DNA of 64,000 nt from an uncultured Nitrospinota bacterium (GTDB taxonomy: Bacteria; Tectomicrobia; Entotheonellia; J063; CAVPRW01). Location: the NCBI GenBank assembly GCA_963707985.1, contig CAVPRW010000045.1:160001-224000 (forward strand). The letters are read 5' to 3'. The stretch's first letter is position 1; each line of letters begins with the position of its first letter. Of this stretch, positions 10,801-19,105 are shown piece by piece. The notes under the pieces were generated by a model. That model did not search any database and was not told the origin of the DNA. It saw nothing but the letters and a program-made list of their open reading frames with translations. Both the position numbers and the translations under genes were made by a program.

Positions 10801-11363
10801 AGGCTGTTGATGTCGGTTTCGGCAAACACACCACACTTGCCGGCTACCGGGTGCAATTTCAGGCCATAATAGCCTTGATTACACAGCTCCTCGGCTGGGA
10901 TGCGCAACTTGGCGTTGATCTTATCGATGACCGCTCCGGTGCCCCCGGCACACTTATCGTTCATGCTGGGGATTTTTTTCTTGCGGCCAGTTTCCGGATC
11001 TTCTTTGAAGATGATGATCTTGGCATCCTGTCCACCCAACTCGATCACTGAGCCGACCTCGGGATGCATTTTCTCGACGGCGAGGGAGACGGCATTTACT
11101 TCCTGCACGAATTTGGCGCCGATCAGCGGTGTGATGCCACCACCACCGCTGCCGGTGATGAAGATGCGAAAGTGATCGGCCGGCAGTTGAAATTCTTTCT
11201 CGATGCGCTGCAAGAACTCCAGCGTCTTCTCCGGCTGCTTCGTGTCATGGCGCTGATAATCCTGCCAGAGAATCTGGTCATCTTGGGGATCGACTACGAT
11301 AGCTTTCACTGTCGTCGAGCCCACGTCTAATCCGACAAACAGGCGTTGTCCCGTCATCGTCAA
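7815..11363 (-). CDS. PlsA/Ger-like protein: two ASKHA (BadF/BcrA, HgdC-type) activator domains plus DUF2229 reductase domain
   Basis: Duplicated GLDVGSTTVK / GLDGGSTSTK, ELGGQDAK / DVGGQDIK, MNDKCAGGTG / LNTQCSAGNG; CYFCKNKC; CFPSK; LARPYHHDPGINH; FKCGHD; IDENKPTGSIKIRVET. Confidence 0.85.
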   Translation of the reverse strand: MTMTGQRLFVGLDVGSTTVKAIVVDPQDDQILWQDYQRHDTKQPEKTLEFLQRIEKEFQLPADHFRIFITGSGGGGITPLIGAKFVQEVNAVSLAVEKMHPEVGSVIELGGQDAKIIIFKEDPETGRKKKIPSMNDKCAGGTGAVIDKINAKLRIPAEELCNQGYYGLKLHPVAGKCGVFAETDINSLQKMGVPRDELMASLFEAIIGQNLAVLTRGNTLRPVVLLLGGPNTYVRGMTEAWKHNIPKIWEERNYPLPQGVDPKDLIMVPKNAQYFAAIGAVEFGRQEEPSVGIYKGTADLEYYINFGRLEEKKKKGAAGLSKTPEDLEAFKERYRRQKFIPATFQPGQVVEAFVGLDGGSTSTKAVILDKDRNVLVKTYQLSKGNPIEDTIEVFGKLRQQVEDQGATLQILGVGTTGYAKDILKDTLGADVALVETVAHTESALRFYKDVDVICDVGGQDIKLMILKNRQVKDFKLNTQCSAGNGYFLQGTAEGFGYKVEEFADHAFSAEAMPTFGYGCAVFMQSDIVDFQRQGWKPEEIMAGLAAVLPKNIWLYVSQIPNLSALGTNFILQGGTQNNLAAVKAQVDFIESRFKGKGIKPNVIVHEHCGESGAIGAGIEAVRLWENGRQTSFIGLDAVAQITYQTHRNENTRCYFCKNKCLRTFIDVKVNLQTGPEDEPVQYKSKIPLEPGTKRLIVGNSCEKGLVEDVEAMRVIKKGLDAVKGSNPNLVEVAAKAVFKSFNPENVVDPLPRFAFTQRQKTRIELMKKREQIRIGMPRALNMYSQTPVFSAYFEALGVKPENLVYSDFTSEHLYKEGAKRGAIDPCFPSKVGIPHVHNLLYVHHKKKPLDIIFFPMIDSLTTDLYGTQDSRACPTVTATPEAVKAAFIKEGDLFAEMGVQYFPTFVKLAEPQLFARQMYEQFKDILGLSEEENARAIEEGYKALDYFNNVILRGTAREVLNELVAEQRLGIVLLARPYHHDPGINHEILEEFQKQGYPILAQDSLPIDPDILEELFGDEVQAGIIKDPMDISDVWKNSYSENTSRKIWAAKYVARHPNLVALELSSFKCGHDAPIYTVVEEIVENAGTPYFCFKDIDENKPTGSIKIRVETITYFLKRYREDMVAKKTKRITIEERLQAYEQKLREELYQQYAAAGIGPELVGVGSCGPTESGERLLQLTLD

Positions 11364-11413
11364 TGGTCTCCTAGAAAAAGGCAGCGAGGCGTGAAGAGTG
11401 TTGGGGGACTGGT

Positions 11414-11457
11414 TGCTGAGGACTGGGAGAGAAGCGTCCGAAACTCAGTCCTCAGCA
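11414..11457. repeat. Intercistronic inverted repeat
   Basis: TGCTGAGGACTG (11414-11425) / CAGTCCTCAGCA (11446-11457). Confidence 0.5.
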
Positions 11458-11469
11458 CTCGGTCCTACC

Positions 11470-13323
11470 TTAATACATGGCCGCGACTTTCTGTAGCTTC
11501 CGCAATCTCCCACCCTTCTCGTCGACGTCCATCAAGGCTGCTACCTGCTTGACGAAGTTCGCAGCGGTGCCGATGACCCCCTTGGTATGCGAGATCTTCC
11601 AGGCCGGGCGCTGCATTTCGGGGTGTGCCGACACGTAAGCGCGAATCTCGTCCAGGCTCCGGCCCGTCTCTTCAAGCACACGGGCGAATTCGTTCTTGGC
11701 TTTTACCTTTGCCTCGCCAAGCGCCATTTGGACGCGGCTGTGAGCATTGACGTCCCCCTCCCCGGAGGTCTCAATGGGGATGTAGATCATATCCTTGAAG
11801 TGGCTGATGACTGCTGACTGGGCTCCATCGCTCTGCGTTGACGGCATGCAGCCGAAGGGTTTTAAGGAGAGGACCATATGGCACAGGTCTTTGTTGCTGT
11901 AGTAGATGTTCTTAGCGACTTCGAGGTGTCCCTCGCCGCCTTCGGCGCGGGAGTTGTAGTAGGGATGCCCCATGCGCAGCAGCTCGAGCTGGTTGACGAG
12001 GCCGTGCGGCTTGTTGCCCAGGGCGGCACGTAGGCGGTCATACTCACGGTTATAGATTTTCCCGGCCAGGGTCAGCATGGTGAGTTTTTTGACAAAATCC
12101 AGCTCGCGTCTGGCCTGCTTACCGACCTCATGCCACTGCGGTCTCTCCTCCCCTTCGCGCAGGCCACGGCGGTCTCTGGCCTCATTCTTAGCCTGATTAA
12201 GGAGGTAGCTCGTCCAGGTCGCAACTGGTTCGCGAACGATCTGAGCTCCCTCGCGATCCAGGAAGGGGAACATGTTGAAATTGCCATCGCTCTCGGTGGT
12301 TTGCGCCCAGAATTCGCCGGTCACCTTGCAGATAGGCTTCACACGTAGATAATCAACATCAATCGTGTTCAGCCGGTCGAAACACCAGCGCAGCCCATCG
12401 ACGAAGTGGTCGCTAAAAAGCTGACGCAGGAATTTCCCCATAAACTCGGTCGTCCTAGCTAGACTGGGGGTCTTGGCCCATATGAAATCGGCGAGCTTGC
12501 CCTCGAGTTTGTACGGTTGGCGAGCTTTCATCACCTCGTGCATGTACTCCACGCACTCCCGCAGCACGCGATCCGTCTCCCCTTGCTTCACTTCAAAGGG
12601 GCGGATCTGGTCGGAGATGTCGAGGAGCAGGTCACCGAAGTTCATGCCATTGAGCATGCCGATGAAGAAGTCGATGTTCAGATCCAGCCCCGCCTCCAAG
12701 CCGGCTTGATCCAGGCCACCTCCTTGTTGGAAGAGCAGCACCCGGAATCCATCGAAGCCGGAATTCCGCAAGGCCAGTCGGTATTCCGCCTCATACATGC
12801 CAAAGCGACAGGGCCCACAAGCCCCCGCGGTGACGTAGATGTAATTATCGACGATGTCCTGCTTCGTCAGTCCTTGGCCTTCCAGGGATTGCAGATACTT
12901 CACCAAGTTGCCGACGGTGAAGTATGTGGGGTTGCACTGACCGTTGTTGCCATATTCCTTGCCGATCTGGAAGGATTGTTTGTCGGCATTGGGAAGTGGC
13001 ATGACTTTATAGCCCAGCCCTGCGATCGAGCCCTGGAGGATGCGCTCGTGTTTCCAGGTCAAGCCCCCGAAGAGCACTGTGGTATGTGGTCGTTGATCTT
13101 TGGTGAAGGGACGTTCTGCGGGCCGTCGGAAGTGCGTATGCGGCGTATCTGTGATACCTACGTCGTGCTCTAGGCGCGCCCGTTCCTCACGCAACCGTTG
13201 TTGGATTAGCTCTTCAAGGTGGGAAACGGGAACGAACGCCGTGTGGCCAGTTTTGCCGTTTTGCTGGTGGGTTTCCCCAGGCGAAGTTCCAGTTCGTTCT
13301 GCCGATGGTGCGATATTCGACAT
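11470..13323 (-). CDS. PlsR-like 2-hydroxyacyl-CoA dehydratase/reductase-type Fe-S subunit
   Basis: GKEYGNNGQCNPTYFTVG, GACGPCRFGMY, KVTGEFW, GGEGHLEV, KPFGCMP; SD GGAAAGGAG before ATG 13323. Confidence 0.82.
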   Translation of the reverse strand: MSNIAPSAERTGTSPGETHQQNGKTGHTAFVPVSHLEELIQQRLREERARLEHDVGITDTPHTHFRRPAERPFTKDQRPHTTVLFGGLTWKHERILQGSIAGLGYKVMPLPNADKQSFQIGKEYGNNGQCNPTYFTVGNLVKYLQSLEGQGLTKQDIVDNYIYVTAGACGPCRFGMYEAEYRLALRNSGFDGFRVLLFQQGGGLDQAGLEAGLDLNIDFFIGMLNGMNFGDLLLDISDQIRPFEVKQGETDRVLRECVEYMHEVMKARQPYKLEGKLADFIWAKTPSLARTTEFMGKFLRQLFSDHFVDGLRWCFDRLNTIDVDYLRVKPICKVTGEFWAQTTESDGNFNMFPFLDREGAQIVREPVATWTSYLLNQAKNEARDRRGLREGEERPQWHEVGKQARRELDFVKKLTMLTLAGKIYNREYDRLRAALGNKPHGLVNQLELLRMGHPYYNSRAEGGEGHLEVAKNIYYSNKDLCHMVLSLKPFGCMPSTQSDGAQSAVISHFKDMIYIPIETSGEGDVNAHSRVQMALGEAKVKAKNEFARVLEETGRSLDEIRAYVSAHPEMQRPAWKISHTKGVIGTAANFVKQVAALMDVDEKGGRLRKLQKVAAMY

Positions 13324-13469
13324 CCGGGATCTCTCCTTTCCGCCTGACCTCCTTCGCGATCGACCGGGCACCTCCCCCGGCACTTACGACAACAACATGA
13401 CTTAGCCGGCCCCCCCAAAGTTGTTTGGTGGCAGTATAGACAGACGAGCCTCCCTACCCCGCTAGCGAT

Positions 13470-13491
13470 GTAGACTGACATGTCAGTCTAC
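13470..13491. promoter_or_regulatory. Perfect 22-bp palindrome, probable repressor operator upstream of plsR-plsA
   Basis: GTAGACTGACATGTCAGTCTAC equals its own reverse complement. Confidence 0.65.
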
Positions 13492-13502
13492 GAAAAACTC
13501 CT

Positions 13503-13535
13503 AAAAGAGGGGAGAGCTGTCGACCCTCCCCTCTT
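13503..13535 (-). terminator. Intrinsic terminator (minus strand)
   Basis: AAGAGGGGAG / CTCCCCTCTT stem ending in a short T-run on the minus strand. Confidence 0.6.
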
Positions 13536-13822
13536 ACACCTTCATCACAGCGCCCGTGACTATTTACCCCACCTTACAACCCAGTGCGCTGGACTTAGCG
13601 GCGGGTGAGCTTCTTGCCTGCACCCTGACCGACGATACGGATACGTTATTTTTACCTCTTTTCGCAGACGAGGTCAATCACCAGTTGTGGTCGCCTCAGA
13701 ATTTGCCACAAGAACCATGGCATAACGCTCGACTTGGGAACCGTGCTGCACCTTCTCGCTTGTCGCACAGTGCTTCCTCTTCGTTGGTTCGCCTCCGTGG
13801 CAAGTCAGTCGGCTGGTGTGCA

Positions 13823-15181
13823 TCAGCCACGTTCTAAACGCTCGCGCAGTGTCTTACGGGTGATGCCCAACAGCCGAGCAGCCTGGCTCTTGTTGCCACC
13901 CGTTTTCTGCAGCACTTCAAGCAGATATTGCCGGATGACGTCGTCTAGGGACAGGATAGCATCGCCTGCCCAGAATGGAGTCTGTGGCGATGAGGCGGCA
14001 CCTAGGGGGAGTTCGATGGCTAGATCATTACGGGCGATGATCTCCCTGTCGCAGAGGAAGACCGCTCGCTCCATGATGTTCTTCAACTCTCGCACATTGC
14101 CCGGCCAAGCATACGAGAGTAGTGCCTGCTCGGCTTCAGAGGTGAATCCACGCACGCGTTTACCGAATTGGCGATTATTATGATGTACAAAGTGCTTGGC
14201 CAACTTCAGGATGTCCGTTTTTCGCTCGCGAAGCGGCGGCACTACGATGGACATCACATTGAGGCGGTGGTATAAGTCGAGGCGAAATGAGCCATCATTG
14301 ACGAAATCGATCAGCCGTTTATTCGTTGCCGCTAGGACGCGAACCTCGATCTTGCGTGGCGGTTTCGTGCTGCCGATGCGCTCGAACTCGCGCGTCTCCA
14401 GGAAGCGCAAAAGCTTGACCTGTGCCGTGAGATCGAGCTCCCCGATCTCATCGAAGAACAGGGTTCCCCCCTCGGCCATTTCGAACTTGCCCATCTTGCC
14501 TTGCCGAGCTGCCCCGGTGAAGGCGCCGCTCTCATAGCCAAAGAGCTCGCTCTCCACCAATTCCTTCGGAATGGCTGCACAGTTGACGACCACGAAGGGT
14601 TTGTCAGCTCGTGGGCTCTTATAGTGGATACTAGTGGCCACGAACTCTTTGCCGGTACCGCTTTCTCCCTGTATCAGCACCGTACTACTGTCATAGCGGG
14701 CGATTTTTTCGATTTGCTCTTCGACCTCACGCATGCTCAAGCTTTCGGCCGCCACATATTCCACGTTGAACCGTTCCAGGCGCTCCTTGCGGAGTAAGCT
14801 GACCTCCTTCTTCAGGCGCACGGTTTCGAGCCCTTTCTTAATGGTCACATCGAGCTCGTCGAGATCCAGAGGCTTCGTAATGTAATCGTAAGCCCCAGCT
14901 TTCATGGCCTGGACGGCACTCTCGACACTCCCGAAGGCGGTGATCATGATGACGATCAGGTCATCTTTCACCTCTTTAGCGCGCTTCAGGACTTCGAGGC
15001 CGCCCAACGTGGGCAATTTGACATCAAGCAGCACTAGGTCGGGGCCCACCTCTTCGACACGCCGCAGTCCCGCTTCACCGGTGGTGCACTCATCCACCTG
15101 GTAGTCCTCCCGGCGGAGGTATAGCGCGATGGAGTTACGAATCACTTCTTCATCGTCAACAATGAGGATTCTGAACTGCAT
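13823..15181 (-). CDS. Sigma-54-dependent response regulator (NtrC/AtoC family)
   Basis: Receiver domain (LIVDDE, LLDVKLP), GESGTGKE, ESELFG, GAFTGA, WPGNVRELKN, Fis-type HTH. Confidence 0.93.
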   Translation of the reverse strand: MQFRILIVDDEEVIRNSIALYLRREDYQVDECTTGEAGLRRVEEVGPDLVLLDVKLPTLGGLEVLKRAKEVKDDLIVIMITAFGSVESAVQAMKAGAYDYITKPLDLDELDVTIKKGLETVRLKKEVSLLRKERLERFNVEYVAAESLSMREVEEQIEKIARYDSSTVLIQGESGTGKEFVATSIHYKSPRADKPFVVVNCAAIPKELVESELFGYESGAFTGAARQGKMGKFEMAEGGTLFFDEIGELDLTAQVKLLRFLETREFERIGSTKPPRKIEVRVLAATNKRLIDFVNDGSFRLDLYHRLNVMSIVVPPLRERKTDILKLAKHFVHHNNRQFGKRVRGFTSEAEQALLSYAWPGNVRELKNIMERAVFLCDREIIARNDLAIELPLGAASSPQTPFWAGDAILSLDDVIRQYLLEVLQKTGGNKSQAARLLGITRKTLRERLERG

Positions 15182-15296
15182 TGATCGAGCTCACCATCCT
15201 TGTGCGACGGACTGAAGGCGTTGCTATCGGCCGAGAACCGTCTCTCGTATCTCCGATGCAACATGCTCCACTTCGCGTTCGCGCCAGCGCCCATTG

Positions 15297-16982
15297 CTAG
15301 CTTGTGGGCCGAGCGCGAAAGAGGAGCGTAAACGTGGTGCCTTTCCCCTCCTGGCTATCGCAGGTAATCGTGGCGTGATGTTTTTCCAAGATGGTCCGCG
15401 AGATGGAGAGGCCGAGCCCCGCCCCCTGTGACTTCGTGGTGAAAAAGGGATCAAAAATCCTTTTTAGGATTGCCGGCGGGATGCCAGCTCCAGTATCCGT
15501 TATACGCACCATCACTCGCCCGCCGGGACTTCTTGCAGTCCGAAGGCGCAGTACACCACGCGGTTGCATCGCTTGCAAGGCATTCAAAATGATGTTGATG
15601 AAGACGCGCTTGATCTGTTCCTGGTCCAAAAGCACCAGTGGCAGTGCCTTCCCCAGGCTTTTCTCGAGAGAGATCTGGCTCTCCTGTGCCTGCGGCGCAA
15701 TGATAAACAATGCTTCTTCAAGCACGTTGGTCACCGAGACAGGGGCGAGGACAGGCTCCTTCGGGGTCGCAAAATCGAGCAGGCCTTTGATGACATCATC
15801 GACTTTACGGATGCCTTTGAGGATATTCTTCAGATTCGATTCATGGAAATCACCGGGGTGCAGCGCGCGTGACAAGGCCTGAGCACTGATTCCTACCCCT
15901 GAGAGCGGGTTGCGAATTTCATGGGCGATGACTGCGGAAAGCTCGCCTAGCGCAGCCAGTCGGCTGATGCGCTCGTTTTCATGTTCCAGGTGTTTCTGCT
16001 CTGTCACATCACGTATGTAATGGACGACCCCGAGGAGATTGCCGGCTTTACCGGTGAGAGGATAGGTATAACTTTTGAAGATTTTTTCCGATTCGGGAAG
16101 GTTTAGTTCGACAGCAGCAGATTTTTTCGTCCGAAACGTCTCGTGGGCAGGGCATCCTAGGCAAGGGGTATCGCGACGATAGAAGGCTTGATAACACTTC
16201 TGGCCAGCGATCTGCTCAGCCGTTAGGTGATGACTGCGCAGTTTCGACGTGTTGGCGATGATAAGATTATAATCCAGGTCATGCACATAGAGCTGCTCCT
16301 CGATGCCATCCACATCGACCACGTCGAAGAGCGTTTTGAACTTGCGGCGTCCTTCCGTGACAGCTTTGCGCAGATACATATTCTCCAGTGCTAACCCAGT
16401 TTGCCCAGCCAGGAATTCGAGGAGCTGCATATCCCCGAGCGTGAAGGCATCCGGGGCATTTGGATGCCTGAGGAGGAGGGCTCCTAAGAGGGTCCCCTGG
16501 CGAAGAAATGGAATGTACAGCAAGGCGCCATCCGCCCAGCGCTCCCCGAGCAATCCCTGAATCATCGAGTCATAGGGATCACTCTGCAGATTCCCATGCA
16601 AGTCGAGCAGCTTACCTGAGCGGTACAGCAGGTTTTGGCGAGGCAGACTATTGATCAACGGGCCAATGGGCGGTAGTACGACATCGGCTAGGAATCCCTC
16701 AGTTGTCGCCACGATGGTGTGGCCCTCGTCCTGGCCAACGCAGAGAAGGGCTCCCTCTTGCGCACTTGGCACCAGGCTGAGGATCTTGGTGAGCAACTCC
16801 GCGGGAGGTTCCTGCGTATCCGCGACCTTGGCGAGAAAGGTGCCAAAAGCAAACAAGTTGGGCCAGTGATCGTTCAGATGTGGCCAGGTGATGTCGCCGG
16901 TGTGGAGCACTGGGGTAGGAGACGTGCCCTGGGGTACAGTGGAGTCCATACGGGGTGGTAGCGTTTTCCGGCCCTTCTGCAT
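15297..16982 (-). CDS. Cytoplasmic sensor histidine kinase with GAF and Cys-containing PAS domains
   Basis: GAF-like segment, PAS with KCYQAFYRRDTPCLGCP, AHEIRNPL, NALQAM, DTGAGI, FDPFFTTK, GAGLGL; no obvious TM helix. Confidence 0.9.
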   Translation of the reverse strand: MQKGRKTLPPRMDSTVPQGTSPTPVLHTGDITWPHLNDHWPNLFAFGTFLAKVADTQEPPAELLTKILSLVPSAQEGALLCVGQDEGHTIVATTEGFLADVVLPPIGPLINSLPRQNLLYRSGKLLDLHGNLQSDPYDSMIQGLLGERWADGALLYIPFLRQGTLLGALLLRHPNAPDAFTLGDMQLLEFLAGQTGLALENMYLRKAVTEGRRKFKTLFDVVDVDGIEEQLYVHDLDYNLIIANTSKLRSHHLTAEQIAGQKCYQAFYRRDTPCLGCPAHETFRTKKSAAVELNLPESEKIFKSYTYPLTGKAGNLLGVVHYIRDVTEQKHLEHENERISRLAALGELSAVIAHEIRNPLSGVGISAQALSRALHPGDFHESNLKNILKGIRKVDDVIKGLLDFATPKEPVLAPVSVTNVLEEALFIIAPQAQESQISLEKSLGKALPLVLLDQEQIKRVFINIILNALQAMQPRGVLRLRTARSPGGRVMVRITDTGAGIPPAILKRIFDPFFTTKSQGAGLGLSISRTILEKHHATITCDSQEGKGTTFTLLFRARPTS

Positions 16983-17078
16983 CGGATCTCCTCTCCCACA
17001 AGGATGAAGCGTTCCGAAGCCGATTCAACCTCCCTAGCCGGGTGATTCACCGGCAGCATCCTGACAACCTCTGAACCC

Positions 17079-17402
17079 TCATGGATGAGGCGCCATAAAC
17101 ACCAACATGACCAAGCGATCGGGGCCCGGGTTCTCCACCGCGTGTTCTTCGCCCGAGCTCGCGTGAGCAGCCATGCCGGGCATGAGCTCCTGGCGCTCCG
17201 CCCCGATCTGCACGAGGCCTTTCCCCTCGAGCACATAGTAAATCTTGTCGGCTCCCGGATGTTTATGCGGTGCTTGTTCCTGGCCAGGCTCGAAGCAATA
17301 GACGTCGCAGAACATGCGCTCGGTTTCAAAGAGATTGACCTTCTGAAACTTGTCGGGTAAAAAGCTTTTGCACTTGGATACATCTACCCATGCCACGGCC
17401 AT
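17079..17402 (-). CDS. Cupin domain protein
   Basis: PGQEQAPHKH...YYVLEG...GEEHAVENPG. Confidence 0.85.
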   Translation of the reverse strand: MAVAWVDVSKCKSFLPDKFQKVNLFETERMFCDVYCFEPGQEQAPHKHPGADKIYYVLEGKGLVQIGAERQELMPGMAAHASSGEEHAVENPGPDRLVMLVFMAPHP

Positions 17403-17883
17403 TCCCCTCTGTGGATGATCCCATGACGCCCATAATGTTCGGCGCTCTTCTCATCAAAACATTCATGCATCAAACATGCAACAACACAGTCGTGCATCAA
17501 CGTGCCGCATTATAGCAGGCGATGTCACACGGCTCAAGCGTGCCAGCTATCTTGTCGCGGCGATGCCAAGTTCCGAGACCCAGGCGCTGTAGTCGCTCCT
17601 TAAATCAGCGGCTCCCCGTGTTTGGGGTCCAGCCCTTGAACGGCAGCGTAGATGGCTCGCGCAGGTTGAAGCTTTCGGGACCGCTTCATCAGGGGCGGTC
17701 ACAAGGGTTGCATGAAAGTCTTGCGGCACCAGGAGTTACACCCCATGCGTGTGGCACCGTGGCGTTGGAGATGGAAATATTGGCTCCGTGGATAATGGAA
17801 CCCTAGAAAATATTCGGGGACGAAGAGGCTACATCGTGTCCATAGCGATACTTTTCAACAGGGAAGAGGTGCGTGGAGGGCGC

Positions 17884-17912
17884 TTGACAGCTTTGAGCGC
17901 TTTGATTAGGAT
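17884..17912 (+). promoter_or_regulatory. Sigma-70 promoter
   Basis: TTGACA-N17-TAGGAT, 40 bp upstream of ORF 17953. Confidence 0.6.
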
Positions 17913-17952
17913 GATGGCGCTTTTCCGGTAAGTCTATTACGCGAGAGAGGAC

Positions 17953-18741
17953 GTGATGCTGCGCATATTTTTCCTAGTATTTAGCCAACTCACCGTGGGC
18001 GGCCTGGCCTTAATGTGGCTGGTGCCGGCCACGGAGATCGGTCTGGGATTTTTTCGGACCTGCGCTTCCATCTACCTGCTGATTTGGGTCTGCGTCGTCG
18101 CCGGACTTGAGTGGGCCCGGCCTTGGGAGCTCTTGGGGTTTGCGCTGTTTACCCTAGTTTTCCTGGTGTACTATGCGAGCTTATGGTTCAAAAAGGTGGC
18201 TAATCATTCGCGGCTTCTGGCGCTCGCCTCCGTGGTCGGCTTCTGTGCCGTCGTCGCCAGCGCTTTGAGCTCTTCGGCAGGAGGATCGCTGCTTGACGCC
18301 TTCTTGGTGGGTGTGCCAAATTTTCTTTTCAGCACTATCGCCCTAGGAGCTGCCATGAGTGGCATGTTGTTGGGGCATTGGTACCTGGTGGCACCAGAAT
18401 TATCGCTGGTGCCGATCAAACGCCTTACAGGGGCACTCGTATGGGCACTCGTGGCTCAAGGTGTGCTGTTGGCCCTGACGGTATCACCAGAGCTTGGGAC
18501 GGTTCCGAATTCTCTCCTACCGAGAGTGCACCATCTCTTGGTGGCGTATCCCTATTTCCTGCTGGGACGGGCGCTGGTGGGGTTGGTGGGAACGTTTGGA
18601 TTGGCGGTGTTGACCATGTGGCTGTTGCGCGAGGGTTCAACTCAAGCGGCGACCGGGTTCTTGTATACTGCGGTGTTGACCGTTGCCGTGGGAGAGTTGA
18701 TCGCCCGCTTTCTCTTCCAACTGACCAGGGTGCCGGTCTGA
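17953..18741 (+). CDS. Uncharacterised polytopic membrane protein (about 8 TM, GHWYL motif)
   Basis: Multiple hydrophobic helices; MLLGHWYL; TQAATGFLY. Confidence 0.75.
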   Translation: MMLRIFFLVFSQLTVGGLALMWLVPATEIGLGFFRTCASIYLLIWVCVVAGLEWARPWELLGFALFTLVFLVYYASLWFKKVANHSRLLALASVVGFCAVVASALSSSAGGSLLDAFLVGVPNFLFSTIALGAAMSGMLLGHWYLVAPELSLVPIKRLTGALVWALVAQGVLLALTVSPELGTVPNSLLPRVHHLLVAYPYFLLGRALVGLVGTFGLAVLTMWLLREGSTQAATGFLYTAVLTVAVGELIARFLFQLTRVPV

Positions 18742-19105
18742 TCCGATGTACTGACCGTCATCGTCAGTCGTGCGATGGCGGTAATCCGGCCTGGCGGCCT
18801 GGGGCTCATTATTGTTCAGGTATGAGCAGCGCAGACAAATCGCGCAGACTTTCATCCAAGCGCGACCAGTACCAGCAGACAGTTTTTCCGTCGATCACGT
18901 GAATTTGCCCATCGCGCACAGCAGGTACCCAAGGAAATCCCGCAAACTCAGCCCGATCAGCGTCAGAAAGGCGGCTCCACGCAATAATCAGTGATGCCGA
19001 CGATCGAGTCTTCTAATCCAAAGGCAAATAGCTCTTCTGTCAGGCTAGGAACGAGACAGACGATGCGCTGTGGGGTTCGGTGCAGTGATGGGCTCGATAG
19101 CATAG

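Noticed and set aside
13560..13670. tmRNA-like tag region
   Set aside because: No tRNA-like ends and no tag peptide ending in AA
17490..17545. Sigma-54-like boxes upstream of the cupin gene (CGGCACG, TGGCACG)
   Set aside because: GG-to-GC spacing is off by one in both
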